This document shows, piece after piece, positions 45,101 to 58,700 of a stretch of 64,000 nucleotides of DNA. Source of the DNA: Thalia democratica (lineage: Eukaryota); the NCBI GenBank assembly GCA_965202585.1, contig OZ241832.1, positions 39,618,001-39,682,000 of the forward strand, in the 5' to 3' direction. The position numbers were made by a program, and so were the translations under genes. The notes under the pieces are model-generated. The model had not been told where the DNA came from and did not search any database. It worked only from the letters and a program-made list of their open reading frames with translations. Position 1 is the stretch's first letter; each line of letters opens with the position of its first letter.

Positions 45101-48100
45101 ACGGACTTTCTTCACGATCGACAACAGTGTCATCAATAGCTCTCACCATGTTGCTTCCATCGTTTTCGAGCAAACTTGCTTTGTCTTCATGATAATATTT
45201 AAAATGTTTTTTTAAAGCAACCATGTCTTCCAAAACATCTCCACAAAGCTTACATTTACACGGCACAGCTTGAGTGCCTACACAATTGCGCTTTGCAATC
45301 AAGTTTGAAGTGTCAATTTCACAATAAAAATGAGCTCTGCACCTTTCACAAGCACATGCTTTACTATGAGATACAACTGCCTTGATATGACCTCTTAGGT
45401 GATCTTTTCTTTTAAATCTTCTTCCACACAATAAACAGGGGAAAGGATTAACTTTAACATGTATCAACTTATGTCTTTTAAGTTTAGATTGCTTTGAAAA
45501 TTCCTTACCACAAGTTTCACACTTAAAGGACTTTGTGACAGTTTTAGGCTGATTTTTTTGGTTATTTTGTACTGGTGGAATTACATAATTTGCAGCTTTG
45601 TTAGCAGAAAATATAATATTTTTGTTAACTAGAACTTTTTTTTTGCTATCCTTTGATATCAAGTGAAAATCTAGAGATTTCTTGCTTTGGTTACCTACAG
45701 TTGTAGTTAAATCTAATTTATAACTATTTTTATTATTTAAAGAATTACTAGTGTCTTGGATACTAGTAGACTTTGAGCTTTGTAAATCATTTTTTGTAGA
45801 AGAGTTTTCATTAGATACTATTTCAGGTTGTTTTTCATAACTTATGTTTAACTGTTCTTCTGAATCACTATCTAGTGCAAATTCTTCAAATGACTCATCA
45901 CTTTTATTTAAGTTTTTACTAGTTTTTGTTAGTTTGAACTCTTCATCTTCTAAAAGATGATTTTTGTCTTTTATGACAGAACCATTTTTTATTTCAATTT
46001 TGTTTTCGAGTTGAGTATTTACTTCCGTTGTTCCATGACTACTTGAACAGCTTTCAGTAACATTTTCAGTTTCTAAACATTTAAAGCTACTATTTACATT
46101 TTTTTCAATTTGATCAATAGAGTTAAATTTATCTTCAACTGCATCATCTTTATCTTCTAGGAAACTGTCATCTAACAAAAATGTCTCACATTCTTCTAAA
46201 CTGTTACTGCTAGAGTCCAAAAGCTGAGTAATTGGTTCTTCTGTATCTACTTTCTCAGCAGTGGAATCTAGAAAAAAATAACTTAAAAACTAGAATAACA
46301 ATAAAATATATTAAATGTAAAAAATTTGAAACATATAAATGGTCATTATCTAAAACATTAATCTAGCATAGTATTTAAAATAATAACAACTGATTTTTAC
46401 AAACATGTTGCTACCACATTTTTATTTTTTATCTGGATATTTTAAAGTAAGAAAAATGTCACTTTTGTTTCTAATAATAATTAAAATCAAGATGTTGAAA
46501 AGTTTTGTCTTGGTACTAATTTCTATTATATATTTATATATAAATCATTCACTTTGATAGTTCGAAATTTCTATTTATATTTTGCTAAGCAGCTCATCAG
46601 ATAACCGTTGCTAAATATTAGATAAATATCTAACTGTAGCTTAGAACTAAAATACTTTAAATTCAATAAGTTTTTCCGTAAATTTTAAGTTAAGTTTAGG
46701 AAAGAAATTACAAGATGACTAAAATAACTTGAGATTATAGTACTAAAATTGATTTTTATTACAACTTGTGAGCCAAAAATTTGTTAACAATGATGTTATA
46801 ACAGTTAATGTAATTTTAAAGTTAATAATAATTGTAAAACCAAATTTTAATCGATTTTAGTCATAAATTGTATCTTAAACTTAAATTTAAATTGGCAAAG
46901 AATATCTAAATTAAAAACTCTAATCTGAACACAGACTTGTTTTAAATTTGAATCTTTATGACGTTACTATTTTAAACAAACTTTAACTAAGTTAAACTTA
47001 TCTGATGAGCAGCTTAGCAAAAATATTAATAAACTTTTCAAATTTTTAAAAACTTTTTGAAAAAGAGTGATTTATGTTTAATTTTTTGGCTAAATTAGAC
47101 TAAGGTCATAGGAGGGGTCCGACTTTTTTTTTTAATTCTAATTAACTTTGGCTTTTAAAGCCTGTTTTTTTAGAATTAAAAAATATCATTTAACTTTTAG
47201 ATATTTTATTTTTTGTAAAAAGACGATAAAAAAATCTTGAATCTTAGAAAAAACTCTTTAAAATAAGATCAACTTGTAAAAAACATGGTTTACCCCCCCC
47301 CCCCTATGGCCTTAATTAACAAGTTGATTACTATTAATAAAATACTAGAAAGCAAGCTTCTAGAACTGTTCAAATTTAAATTAGATTTGTTAGTACAAAC
47401 TTGGTGTAATACTAGTTTGAAATCATTTTCCAAAATATGGTAAGTTATTTGTCAAACACTACTGAAAAAAAAATATGTTGATTACTTTTTATAATCTTTG
47501 AATATTTAATTTAAATTAGCTTTAAACATTAATTGTGTACGTATATTACGTTAAATCTTAAATTGGATTTTTTACAGAAATTAATCAAAGTTGTGTTAGT
47601 TTTACAAAATATTATTAAAAGAGAGGCTTATTTAGTTTTAAAAATGCTAAGAAAATACTTGCATTAAACTTATAAAGCCAAACATGTAACTTTTTTGGAT
47701 GCCTTTGTATACATAAAATTTTTTTGTAAAACAAGGTCTAGTAAAAATAAACATATTGAACATGTATAACTATCAAAAAATTTTTGAAAAAACATACCAA
47801 CAATTTATTTTTGATTCAATACTAAATATGGTTGTACAACAATGACTGCTGTATTATATAAAATGTAAAATAGTCTTGATCTAATTAATTCCTAATAAAG
47901 TTTAAGATCTTTACTTTATAATCATTCCTTATCAAAAAAATGAAATAATAAACTCAAAATAAGTTTGAACTACATAAGTGATACAATGTGAAAAAAGTGT
48001 TTATTTTTTTTATAGTCTTTAACTAAATAGATTTAATTTATAAACTTACTAATTGTTTACAATTATTATTTTTCAAAATTAAAAAAATTTTATGTTACAG

Positions 48101-51100
48101 TATAATATATTTTTTTGATTTGATTTAATATTTCTTGCATGATTCAAGATTAAACATTAATGATCAAAACAATATTTTTTTTTACTTTAAGATTTCAACA
48201 AAGGTTTTTATTTAAATTAAGTAGCAGGTATTTCACAGTAAGTCTGAGTAAACTTAAATTTTTGATAACTGTCTAAATATCTAATTATTTGTGAAATTTT
48301 GTTACTAATATGTATTATGGTAATCTTAAAAAATGTAGAAAAACTACAATGACTATTGTAAAAATTGTATTCATTTTAAATGATTTGTCTTGTTCTAAAA
48401 GTGCTTCAAAATTTTCAAGTAAATAATTCAACTGTGTGCTTTTTAAGATGGTAAGAAATTAATACATTTCTAAAAAACATTGAAATTTATGTGCAATATA
48501 ACAACTATTTTAAAATTACTTATTTAAAGAAATACTAAGAAGATAATATCAAAGTTACCACTCTTTAAAGCAAAAATGCCAATCAAAGTGACCAAAAAAT
48601 AATATGAGCTACATCAACCTAGTCTAAGTCATCCTGAGTTAATATTTTTTTAAATATTACTTGACAAGCTTAAATACATCAAAATAAAAACATAAATATT
48701 CAAAAATAAACATTTACAGTCATAAAAACTAGCCTGAAGTTCAATAAAATTATAGAAACTAGTCTGAGTTTTCCAAAACTTTTAAACTATCTTGACTAAT
48801 CCTTAGTAGCTTGAGTACATGTGGCAACCATGCAATATAACATTTAAATTTAAGCAGGTTTACATTTCTGCAAATCTACAGAAACATATACTTATGTGAG
48901 AAAAAAAAAGTTTTTATTTCAGCTTGAAAAGACTCTGCTTTCTTAGGCTTTTAGTTATTCATTTCTACTTAATGCACTTCTGAGAGATAATTTTGACATA
49001 TATGTACTGTTTAGCATTTTTAGTGTTGTAAAATTAAGCAAATTAAATACATCCAACTTGTAACATTTAGCACGTTAAAGCTTTAATTTGTCAAAAAGCT
49101 GCATTGTAAAATTGATTCTAATGGAAGCTGTAGCTTCAAAAATCAAAATCATACAATTTTGTGCTACAAAAATTTGCATAACTTGTTGTTACTATTGACT
49201 ACGTTAAATGTTTGATTTTAAGACAATATAAGTGTTTTTGAGTTAAGTTGTGATTTTTTTATACTTATTTTTAATGAAAGTTTTCTGGGTTTACACAAGT
49301 GGCGTGACAAAAAGAGTCATAGGGGGTGTGGATCAAAATAAATTGTCTTGTATACAGTTATCACTCGTACTTCAACATTCCATTTTTAATATATTAACAT
49401 AACTAAATATTTTCAGATTAAATTCAATAACATTAGAGGTAGTTTAGATTGATGTGTTACAGCTAGGACGTGTTATTTCAGATGTTTTAATTTTTAAAGA
49501 TTCGTAACTTTTTTGAGCTAGCTACGTCCCTGGTATACATTATTTAAGATCAATTGATTTAAAATTTGGTTGTTAGATTCAAAAACTTAATAAAACCTTC
49601 TTTCAATTGATCTTCATTAGTGCCTTCTTGTTCAGAAAGGTCATTGTCAATATCACAAAGCGGAGAAAAAGTTGCACTCAACTTGGCATTAATCTCATCA
49701 GTATGAAGAAATTTGTCATCTGAAAATATTTAAATGTTTTATATAATACTTATAAACTAAATATATGTTTTCATTTTTTTTAAATATTAAGGTCATACAA
49801 GGTCTATCTGGTCTTTACGTATTGATATTATTTTGTAGATTTTAGTCAAACTATAATGCTATTTTTACAAAATATTATATTTTAAGTAGCTTTAAAACAT
49901 AAGTATAAACATAAGATAGTTTAGGAGATTGAAAATAGTTTGGCTCAATAAAATGACATTACTTCTAACCACCTTAGTTTAAATCACTTTTAGCATATGT
50001 TTTCCTTTTTTGCTTGAGGTTATAGAATATATTGTTTTTTAAAAGTTTTCAACCTGCCATGCCTGACTTTTCTCTCAAGTAAATATTATATAATAATCAT
50101 GATTTTTTGTTCAAAAATGTTAGACTGTGACCCTAGAGACAGGTATACAGCTTAAAATTTGAATAATTTGTAACATCATCAATAAAATTTTCAATAAATT
50201 TATCAATTTTATTCAGTCTTCCTATGTTTCTTTTTGTAAAATTTTGATTGTTCAGTGTCAAATGTTTGATGATATTGTTCATATATTTCAACTATTAAAT
50301 ATAAACTTTTTTTTTAACTTTTGAGAGAAGTTATTGTTCCACAAGACATACTAATTTACTGTAAAGGAGCAATATAAATATCAATGAAACAATTTTAAGT
50401 TTAGAGTTTGTTACTTAACACTGTGTTTAATGCGCTTAGGCAATAATCACATTAAAGAAAATTGTTAAAAAGGTTAGCCTTATGTTTTATTTTCATCAAA
50501 AGACTTATTTATGGATAAATTATAAGTCTAAAACAAGAGGAGTTCCTTTAAGCAATTATTTAATTGTTTATAGATTATCTTTGCAGGTAACATGTTGTGG
50601 TATTTTGCTAATATCTTTTGATACTGTGGAAATGTAAAAATATTTGGTGACCCTTATAGCTGAAATATAACTGAAAAACTATAACTGAAATCCCTCTCAA
50701 CGCCAGCTTTGGTAATAAATATTTTTATCAGAACAATCTTTATCAAAGTCAGTAAATATTTTGGAGGCTTGAATATAAAAACTTCTTTAGTCTAAGATTT
50801 TCTACAACAATAAAAAAAGCTTAATCAGAAAACATGCCTAACCCTTTAGAAAAATAAACATTCAAATTTCCTGGGCATTTTGCAGGAACAAAAACACATT
50901 TTTCTGAAATTTTCCTGAAAACACTAAATAGGTGACCACCATGTCTATACTACTAAACTGAAAACTATTATAGTTGAAGTAGCTAGAAAAAGATACAATT
51001 ACTCAACATGAAAATTTAAATTAAGAAATCAAACTAATATGTATAAAATTACCAAGAAAATGAAAACAATACCTTGACATGTGGAACTAGTGTTGTAATC

Positions 51101-51124
51101 TTTTTCTGTTATGCTGCCATTCAT
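42172..51124 (-). CDS. Multi-C2H2/C2HC zinc-finger protein, six coding exons, about 1015 aa: complement(join(42172..42697,42795..42943,43343..43479,44207..46267,49597..49719,51073..51124))
   Basis: All introns are GT..AG with compatible phases. The total of 3048 nt is an exact multiple of 3, and there is an in-frame stop upstream of the ATG at 51124. One finger is completed across an intron (CAFCPRTFEFIE|GKLAHEMAH). About 10-12 fingers, e.g. CETCGKEFSKQSKLKRHKLIH, CYFCNVTVKDHSKMVRHLRKH, CAHCSQRFHCEDSFNEHISSH. The two small 5' exons are less certain. Confidence 0.88.
46560..47043. repeat. About 480-bp element bounded by about 45-bp inverted repeats containing TATCTGATGAGC(A/T)GCTTAGCAAAA
   Basis: 46580-46603 is the reverse complement of 46999-47022 with 1 mismatch, and weaker similarity extends outward. 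Confidence 0.65.
47104..47311. mobile_element. 208-bp MITE with GG(T/C)CATAGG(A/G)GGGG TIRs and (C/T)TAA flanks (Kolobok-like)
   Basis: CTAA|GGTCATAGGAGGGG ... CCCCCCTATGGCC|TTAA. The family is inferred from the TTAA-type TSD and RR..YY termini. Confidence 0.55.
48550..48832. mobile_element. hAT(Tip100)-like MITE with AAACTAG(C/T)CTGA subterminal repeats
   Basis: Degenerate termini CAAAGTTACCAC ... GTGGCAACCATG. A second family member lies at about 52016-52402 and shares CCACTCTTTAAAGC and the subterminal repeats. Confidence 0.5.
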
Positions 51125-51589
51125 CTTTGAATTTTATAAGCAGCATTTATGTTATAGAAAACCTCTGTATAAAATATAATTAATAACTGCAATTAATTAA
51201 TTTTTTTTTAATGGCTATTATAATACTTTTTTTTAACTCAACATTATCCAAAATTTATTATGATACCATAAATGTATAAAAATGTTATAACAGTCTAATA
51301 ACAACAAAAGAGTATTAACTAAACGTGTAGAATAAAATCTAAATGTTATATCTAATTAACGCATGCAAAAATTAGATAAAAGTATGAGTTATCTTAGTTT
51401 TAAGTTTGTATTAATATTTCAAGGCATATGAAACATTGATACAAACCTTTAACATATAACATGCCAAGGCAAATGAAAAGGTTTTGCTTATAAGGACTAC
51501 TTTAGCCCTGATAAACAGCTTTTTGAGTTATACATAGCGCTTTTTAAGTTTTATGTTTATAGTAAACATATTTTTTACACTACCACTTC

Positions 51590-51960
51590 TCCCTTTTTGT
51601 TTATTGCATGTTTTGTGGTTGCTCTTGTAGAAAGGACAGCAAGAGAAATATAAACAACTGTGAAAAATTAGTTCAAAGTGAGGAGATGGTTTAGTGCCAA
51701 TGGTAGACTATGGCTTTTATGGTCAAAATTAGCAGTTATAAGTTTAAAAAAGTGCTTAATATTTTTTCAAATAAACTTATAGTAAGTTTTTTTTTGAAAA
51801 GCACAATAGTCCTTAACTTATAACTAATATAAAATAGAATAGCTCAACACAGCTTTGACAAAGCAAGTTATTATAGCTTGAATACCAAAAGGGATTTCTC
51901 CACACTAATTCACTTACCATAGTTGTAAGGATTCACAACTTGATTTATTTCTTACTTTAC
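51590..51960. repeat. Old dispersed repeat, paralogous to about 55590-55960; a short inverted copy lies at about 52480-52540
   Basis: Shared TTGTGGTTGCTCTTGTAGAAAGG, ATGGTAGACTATGG and TTCCACAC..AT motifs in the same order. Confidence 0.65.
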
Positions 51961-52015
51961 ATGTAAAAATTAAACAGTACAATAAAAAGGTCAGTAATCT
52001 TTTCTAAACACATTG

Positions 52016-52402
52016 TAGGGTTTCCACTCTTTAAAGCACAAAAAATAGCCTTGAAAAACCCAAAACTAGCCTGATTTAAATTAAACTATTTCAAATTATT
52101 GATAAAATAAAAAAGTGAGAGTATTACAGCTAAATGCTAAACAAATTTATTGTTCATCAAGCTTATAACTAAAGAAACATAAAATTATCAAAAGAAAAAG
52201 TTTATAAGAAAAAATTATCATAAAAAACTTGCCAGAGATTTCTAAAACTATTAAAACTAGCATAAGTTTTGTAAAAAACTTTAAACAAGCCTAATTACTG
52301 TATTACTACTTTAGTTCTATCTGAAAACATTTTAAACAGTCTTAAGTTGGACTTTAATTTAAAAAATACTAAACTAGCCTGAAAGACTAGTGTGTTGAAA
52401 CA
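52016..52402. mobile_element. Second copy of the hAT-like MITE family
   Basis: Starts TAGGGTTTCCACTCTTTAAAGC and has several AAACTAGCCTGA-like motifs. Confidence 0.5.
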
Positions 52403-53329
52403 AAACCATTACCGCAAAAATTGCACAGTTGATTATAGGTATCACAATTTTATTCCTTAAACTTTTTATCTCTTTACCTTGACATTTTTCTGTTGTCTTT
52501 TTCTAGAAGAGCATGCAGAAAATGCAACAAAGAAATCAAGAGACAATATATAAATGAGAAAACCAAACATACAAAGTCATAAAACTTGTCAAACAATTTG
52601 TACTTAAACTAACTTGAATAAAAAAAAAATATTTTATAAGTTTGTAATTTATATAAATAAAAATAATCTAAAATAATTAATGCTTAAAATTGAGCTAAAA
52701 GTGGTTTGATGGCATAGGGGTCCTAATGACAGCTTTAAAAACTCTCTGAATTTAACATGGGATTAAAACAAACAGCTACTACGTATACAAAAAAGGCTAC
52801 AGTTAAAAACTAAACAAAAACAGCTTCTTTTTATTGGAAAGTGTTCTCAAGAAATAAGATAACTTATAAGCATTGCAGAAGTACATGTAATATTTTGAGT
52901 ACCACTAAAAAATAAAAATATATAATTTAAAAAAATTAATTTCAATTATTAATCAAGAAGTTCATTATATTATCAATGAAAACCCTTGGGTATAAAAAAG
53001 AAACTTAAATAACACTTTTTTATATATCAATAATAAAAATAAACATTAATAGGTCTTACCAAAAATAGTCTCAGTATGGAAACAATAAGACTTGGGCTTT
53101 TGGTAACCTTGAAAGTTGAAAAACCCCTTTGGGTTATGGAGCCATAATTGTCATAAAAGTCCTAATCAGTAGGTGTTTATAGAAACATCATACAAATTTA
53201 ACCCATAAAACTTTGGGAATATAGTTTCCACCAAATTTCAAGGCATTTGTTTACATAAAAGACATGTTAACAGCTTATCATATCAACTTTTTAATATTTA
53301 AAAATTTAACTCACAAAATCGCAGTTTCC

Positions 53330-53760
53330 TTTATAAAGTTCAATAAACGTGTTTGTAAGTATAAAATACACTTTATTTTATAGAACGATAAAAACGCTCA
53401 AAAATTCCACAACTTGTTGCACCAAGAACCTTACGGTCATCAAGTCGCACACCTTGGATACCTTTTAATGTCTTTTTCAGGACAGTCATCAACAGTAAAC
53501 TTATATAGTTAATACTAATTTATAAAATAGGAACTTAAACTATTTTACTTCTTTTACATATTTTTTTTCGTCCTGGAAAAGACGTTAAAACGTATCCAGC
53601 TTGTGAGCGACTCGACAACTGAAAAGTTTTTGTTGCGCACCAAGTCCTTGGACAAAAATTTTTGAGAGCTTTTTATTTTATCGTTCAATAAACAGTTAAG
53701 TACAAAGAGAATATTTTTAGTATTTGTATTTTAGATACTTTGTTTTATTGACGAACTAAA
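53330..53760. repeat. Foldback MITE-like element with long imperfect inverted arms
   Basis: GGATACCTTTTAATGTCTTTTTCAGGAC pairs with GTCCTGGAAAAGACGTTAAAACGTATCC, and GAACGATAAAAACGCTCAAAAATT pairs with AATTTTTGAGAGCTTTTTATTTTATCGTTC. Confidence 0.75.
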
Positions 53761-56700
53761 AGTTTGGAAATTTTTTATCATAATTTCCATATACTTTAGT
53801 ATAAATTAAGACACATCTTTACGACTGTATAATAAGTCTTATACACTCATACAGTCAAATTTAAATGCAAGTGTTTACTCTAAAAAAGTCAATAACTAAT
53901 TGAAGTAGATAAATAAAAAGTTTATTTCTTGATAATTAACTATAATCGTTAAAATAAGTTATAAATACTTTTATCTTGCGAGTGATGAGCTTTTAAGGCT
54001 TGAATATACTTAAAAAATTGCAAAAATATTTATAAACTTTCATTAAGCTTGTACTTACTTTATCTTTAAGCTATGTTTGTTTAAGAGACTAAGAGCAGAA
54101 CAGCAGAGAATTAAAGTTTATCCTTCAATTTAAGTTGTTATAAACCAATATTTTGTAATTAAATTCTAACTGTTATACTTTATATTTTAAAAGTATTTGC
54201 ATAAAACTGCTTGTAAGATTATTTTATAAACATTTAACAAATGCAGCACTGAGGGAGGTTTTTGTGAACTAAACATGTCTAGGAGCTTTTTGGTAAGCCG
54301 ACATACTAAACTTGTTTTTAAGTTTAGTGTATCCTCGCTAATCTGATCATGTTGGGCAAGCTTTTTTATGAAATTATGGAAGAATTAGCCTTTGACCGAT
54401 ATGAACGAAACATCGTTTTTTTAGTAGTCTACCTTTTTTATTTTTTGATTTACTCATAATAAAACGCACACTTAATTCTCTAATAATTTATTGTACTTTT
54501 AATTTTTTAACAAAGCCATCTCTAAACGATAAGTATTTTAATGAACATTGAGGTCAAGGTGTAATATATAATTTAGATAGTACACATTTTTACAATCTGT
54601 TAAAGTTAAAATTGAAGGTGAGTCATTTACACACCAAGAACAGGAACAATAACTATCGTTCGCTATGTTTTAACGTGCAAGTAAAAGATACTTTTTTTAT
54701 GAAAATTAACTTTTTAAGGAGCAAATAACCCAAACGTGACTAACTTGTTAACTTAAGTGATTTTCATACAAGGTCGAGTCTGATTATGACTCTTAGGGTC
54801 CCTATCTCGGGAGATTTGGTTTATAAAAGAATTAGGTTTGGAACTCAAATGGTTAATGCCCTTTCTAACTTATTTTATTTATTATTTTTTTTCTTTTTAT
54901 TAAATTTTTCCCTTTCTAATAGTTTTATTATTTTTATTATTTTATTTATTATATATACTTTTTTAATTTGTTTCTTGTACATAAAATTTGATAGTATTGT
55001 TTTGTCCTCATTGACAGTGTGATTAAACGAGTAGATGTATTATTTTTCTTTTGTAACTCTATTTAGTCGTTTTTGTTTACTATATATTAATTGTCAATTT
55101 GTTTCAGAAGATGGAGATTTTAAATTTAGAAGTAAAAACTTCATTTTTTTTAGACATTCTGGTTATTTAATTTTATTTGTTAAAAATTAGTTTTAGGTTT
55201 ACAAACAGTTTATTTAACTCAATAAAATACTTTTATTATTACTTTTTTTTTCAGAATATTTGTGAAGATTTATTATTTTGTTTTTCAAATTTAGCTGTGT
55301 ATTGTTAGAAGTGATTTTATTTTAAGTGGTTTAAACAAATTCTATCAATTATTAGTGCTAGATTTTATTGTTTAAAATTGAATCGTTTACAAATCTATAA
55401 AACAGTTAGACAAAGTTTTATATATATATATTTTTTTTTTTTTTGCTCTATTTTTATTTACCTAAAAACACATACACTAGAAATTTAAAGACACTTTTTT
55501 AAAATACATGGCGCTCTTTCAGTTTTATGACATTACTGAATATTTTATGTATACTGACATTACTAACTCTCCCAATTTATTCAATTTTGAGATATCTGTT
55601 GCATTTTTTGTGGTTGCTCTTGTAGAAAGGGCAACAAGAAAAATGTGAATGTACATGATCATAAAAATAGAAATCTAGGGGAGGAGACGGTGTGGAGCCC
55701 ATGGTAGACTATGGTTTCCATGGTCAATAGTGGCAGTAATGGGTTAAAAAAGGGTGCTGACCATTTTTAAACTTAAAAAAAAAAATTGTATATACAGTTA
55801 CTTTCTAAGTTTTTGTTTTTATTTTTTCATTATTGTTTTAAAGTTAGCTCAAAGAATTAGTTACAAGTAAATGGTGTGCAGCTCGATGACCGAAAGGTCT
55901 TTTTCCACACCAATCCATCGACCTTAGTTGTGAGCGTTCACATTTTTCTTTCTTTCTAATTTTGTCGAAAAAAAATTGTGTAAGTATTTTTATTGTAAAG
56001 ATAAAGAAACTAAGTTTAAAAATATAGTCGAATGACCTTGTATATAAGAATACCTTACGGTCATCTTATGATTATAAGTTACAAATCAATTTTTTCCAAA
56101 CCAAACCTCAGTGACCTTTGAAGATAACCTTAAATAAAAAAGTTTCACGACAAAATCAAGTGTCTTTCTATAACCGATATTCTTTTAAATAGGTCTTTTA
56201 ACTGTCCAGAATGTTGATGCGATCACTTGTTAGTCTGCTGTAAAAGTTGTATTGACATGAACATGCACGTGTCAAAAAATTGGCTCGGCAATGACGATTA
56301 GATATTGCAGCAATGCATGACAAGAATCAGTTAAAGAAATTTCATTTTTGATGTGATATGTCCCTTCATCCTCAAAAACAACTGTTTCTTAGAATTAAAG
56401 TACGACCCAAAACACCAGAGTACCCATAAATTTTTAAAGAAAATATGTAAGTAATGACAACGAAGTTTAAAGAAAACATTCATTTGCTGCTTTCTTTTAT
56501 AAATGTTATGCGAAAGGTTCATATTAACTACTGATATAAATCCATGTAGCACGAGTCTTAATTGACAATGTGAAGATAAAAATATATATCTGACAGCAGT
56601 TGTCTTTACATAATTTAATTAGCTACTAGTTACCTTTTACCGCTAGTTAAATTTAATAGTAACTTTTGAGATATAAACGATACAACAGGTTCCTTATGGG

Positions 56701-57429
56701 AGGCGCAAATTAAAATGGCGAAATAAGACTATTTCACAGAAATCTATCTCCTTCTTCAGTTTTTGAGTAATTGTTTTAAAAATATCTTAAAATTAATCTT
56801 AAACAAATTTTGAACAGCTTGTAGGAAACAGTTTTTTAATTTTTTCAATTTTTTTTTTTAAATAAATAGATAATTTTTTTTTAACTTTGGTCATGAATTT
56901 TTTAAAATCCGCTTGCTACAAGTTGTTTGTAATATTAAACAGTACATTTCCTTAAAATTTGAAGTAAGTTGCTATAAAAATTAAGGAGAATATACAACTT
57001 TAGTGAACTTTTCAAAATTCAGAGAAAATCGGCCTTGAAAATTTTGACTCCATACTATTGTATTAGTTTTTTTTTACAGAACAGGTTATATCTTAAAAGT
57101 TGTTTGAGTTTTTTTCATTCTATAAAAATTATCTTAAAGTTTATACTCTCAGCTTTTAAATAAGAACCAATATTAGTTTTTGTAAAATATTATTGAACTT
57201 CCCTATGCCTTTAAATGGGTTTATCTTCTTTATTCAACACGGAATACTGTTACTGACGATGCACTTAAACACGTTGATAGTCTGCCAAACGTATGGATAT
57301 CTTTGATATAATTTCAATTATTAAACAACTAAATAAGACTACTACTGAGATGTTTTTTTTATAAAAGCAAAAGCACTTGAATGCTATTATATATCCTACT
57401 GATTACCCCTTCTACATGACATTTTAGTT

Positions 57430-58700
57430 AAATATTGGAGACAATGATGGTGCCAAACAATACATGCTGTATTCTAAAATCATAAATTTGTTTAAAAAAA
57501 GGTTTCAGGTCGATAGCAACGACCAAAGAGGAATTTCCCTTCTTTTTGTTGCTGGTAAAGCTTTTGCACGTTTAATTCTTCCTCGACTGAAAAAGCTGAC
57601 TGAAAAGCTATCCCGAGTCGTAATGAGGGTTTTGTGTCTAAATGTTCTACTACTGATAGAAATTTCTCTGTACGAAAGTTGCTAGACAAAAACAATAAAC
57701 AAAAAAATATGTAAACATAGGTTTCATTGACCTCAATAAAGCATTTAGTAAAAATTAAAGAAGTTTTAGAAATTTTATTGCAGATTGAATGTCCTTCAAG
57801 TCAATATTGTGAAGTCTTATCAAACAAAAATAAGGGCAATCAACCAATAAATTGGTAACACTTCTGATTTATCTTAAATCAAAAAAGTTTTTAAGCAAGT
57901 TTGCGAGCTTGCTTCAATTATTTTCGATTTTTTTTTCAATGTACTTAAAGCACGCTTTTGGATCTTAAACTAAGCTGCATACAAGCATTGTTATTCGCCT
58001 TTTTTGTCTTGCATGTCTGAGAGCAAAGTAAAATGTAAAAAAAAAAACTTTTCAGTACGAGATTTTTCTGATGATGCTGCTCTTGTAGCTCACTCTGCCC
58101 TAGATCTTCAGACACTACGGAGTGAGTTTTCATCAGTATGCTCTAGTTTAGTACCACCATTAGCTTTAAAAAGACTAAATTCATAAACAAAGAAATAAGT
58201 TTTTTACTATCAACCAAAATCTATGACAAAAACAACTAAAAATTGAAAAAAAAGCTTTGTATATCTTTGCTTAAATGTTTCGTTAAACTCGTCATTAGTC
58301 ACAACAATCAGTTATATCAAAGCGCTCGTCCGACTGAAAGAGTTTAAGATAACAAAAACTTAAACTTTTACACAAATTCTATACGTTTAGTTTGTCTGTG
58401 TATGCAGTACTATACTTTATGTAGCTAAACGTGGACATTGTGGAGTGTGGAGTGGAAAAATATCAACACCTTCGACCTATGATGTCTTTATCGTATCCCT
58501 AGAGTTAGAAGGATACAAAAGATCACCAACAATGAAGTTTTGAGATGTACTGGTCTCAACACAATGTAGTTTACCCTCAGTACGTGCAGGCTTCGATGGC
58601 TTGGTCATGTTCTGAGTATCGCCGATAATATTAAAGTTTTTGTTTAACCTTACATTGGTCGTTGGAAAACGCAATTTTAGTCTGCATTACATTAGAATCT
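57430..58700 (+). mobile_element. Decayed RTE-clade LINE reverse transcriptase
   Basis: Frameshifted motifs in order: RGISLLFVAGKAFARLIL, YPES, STTD..FSVRKL, FIDLNKAF, FSDDAALVAHS..DLQ, RLRWLGHV. Confidence 0.85.

Noticed and set aside
56200-56560. Slightly GC-richer stretch resembling a transposase remnant
   Set aside because: Multiple stops in all frames and no motif I can name.
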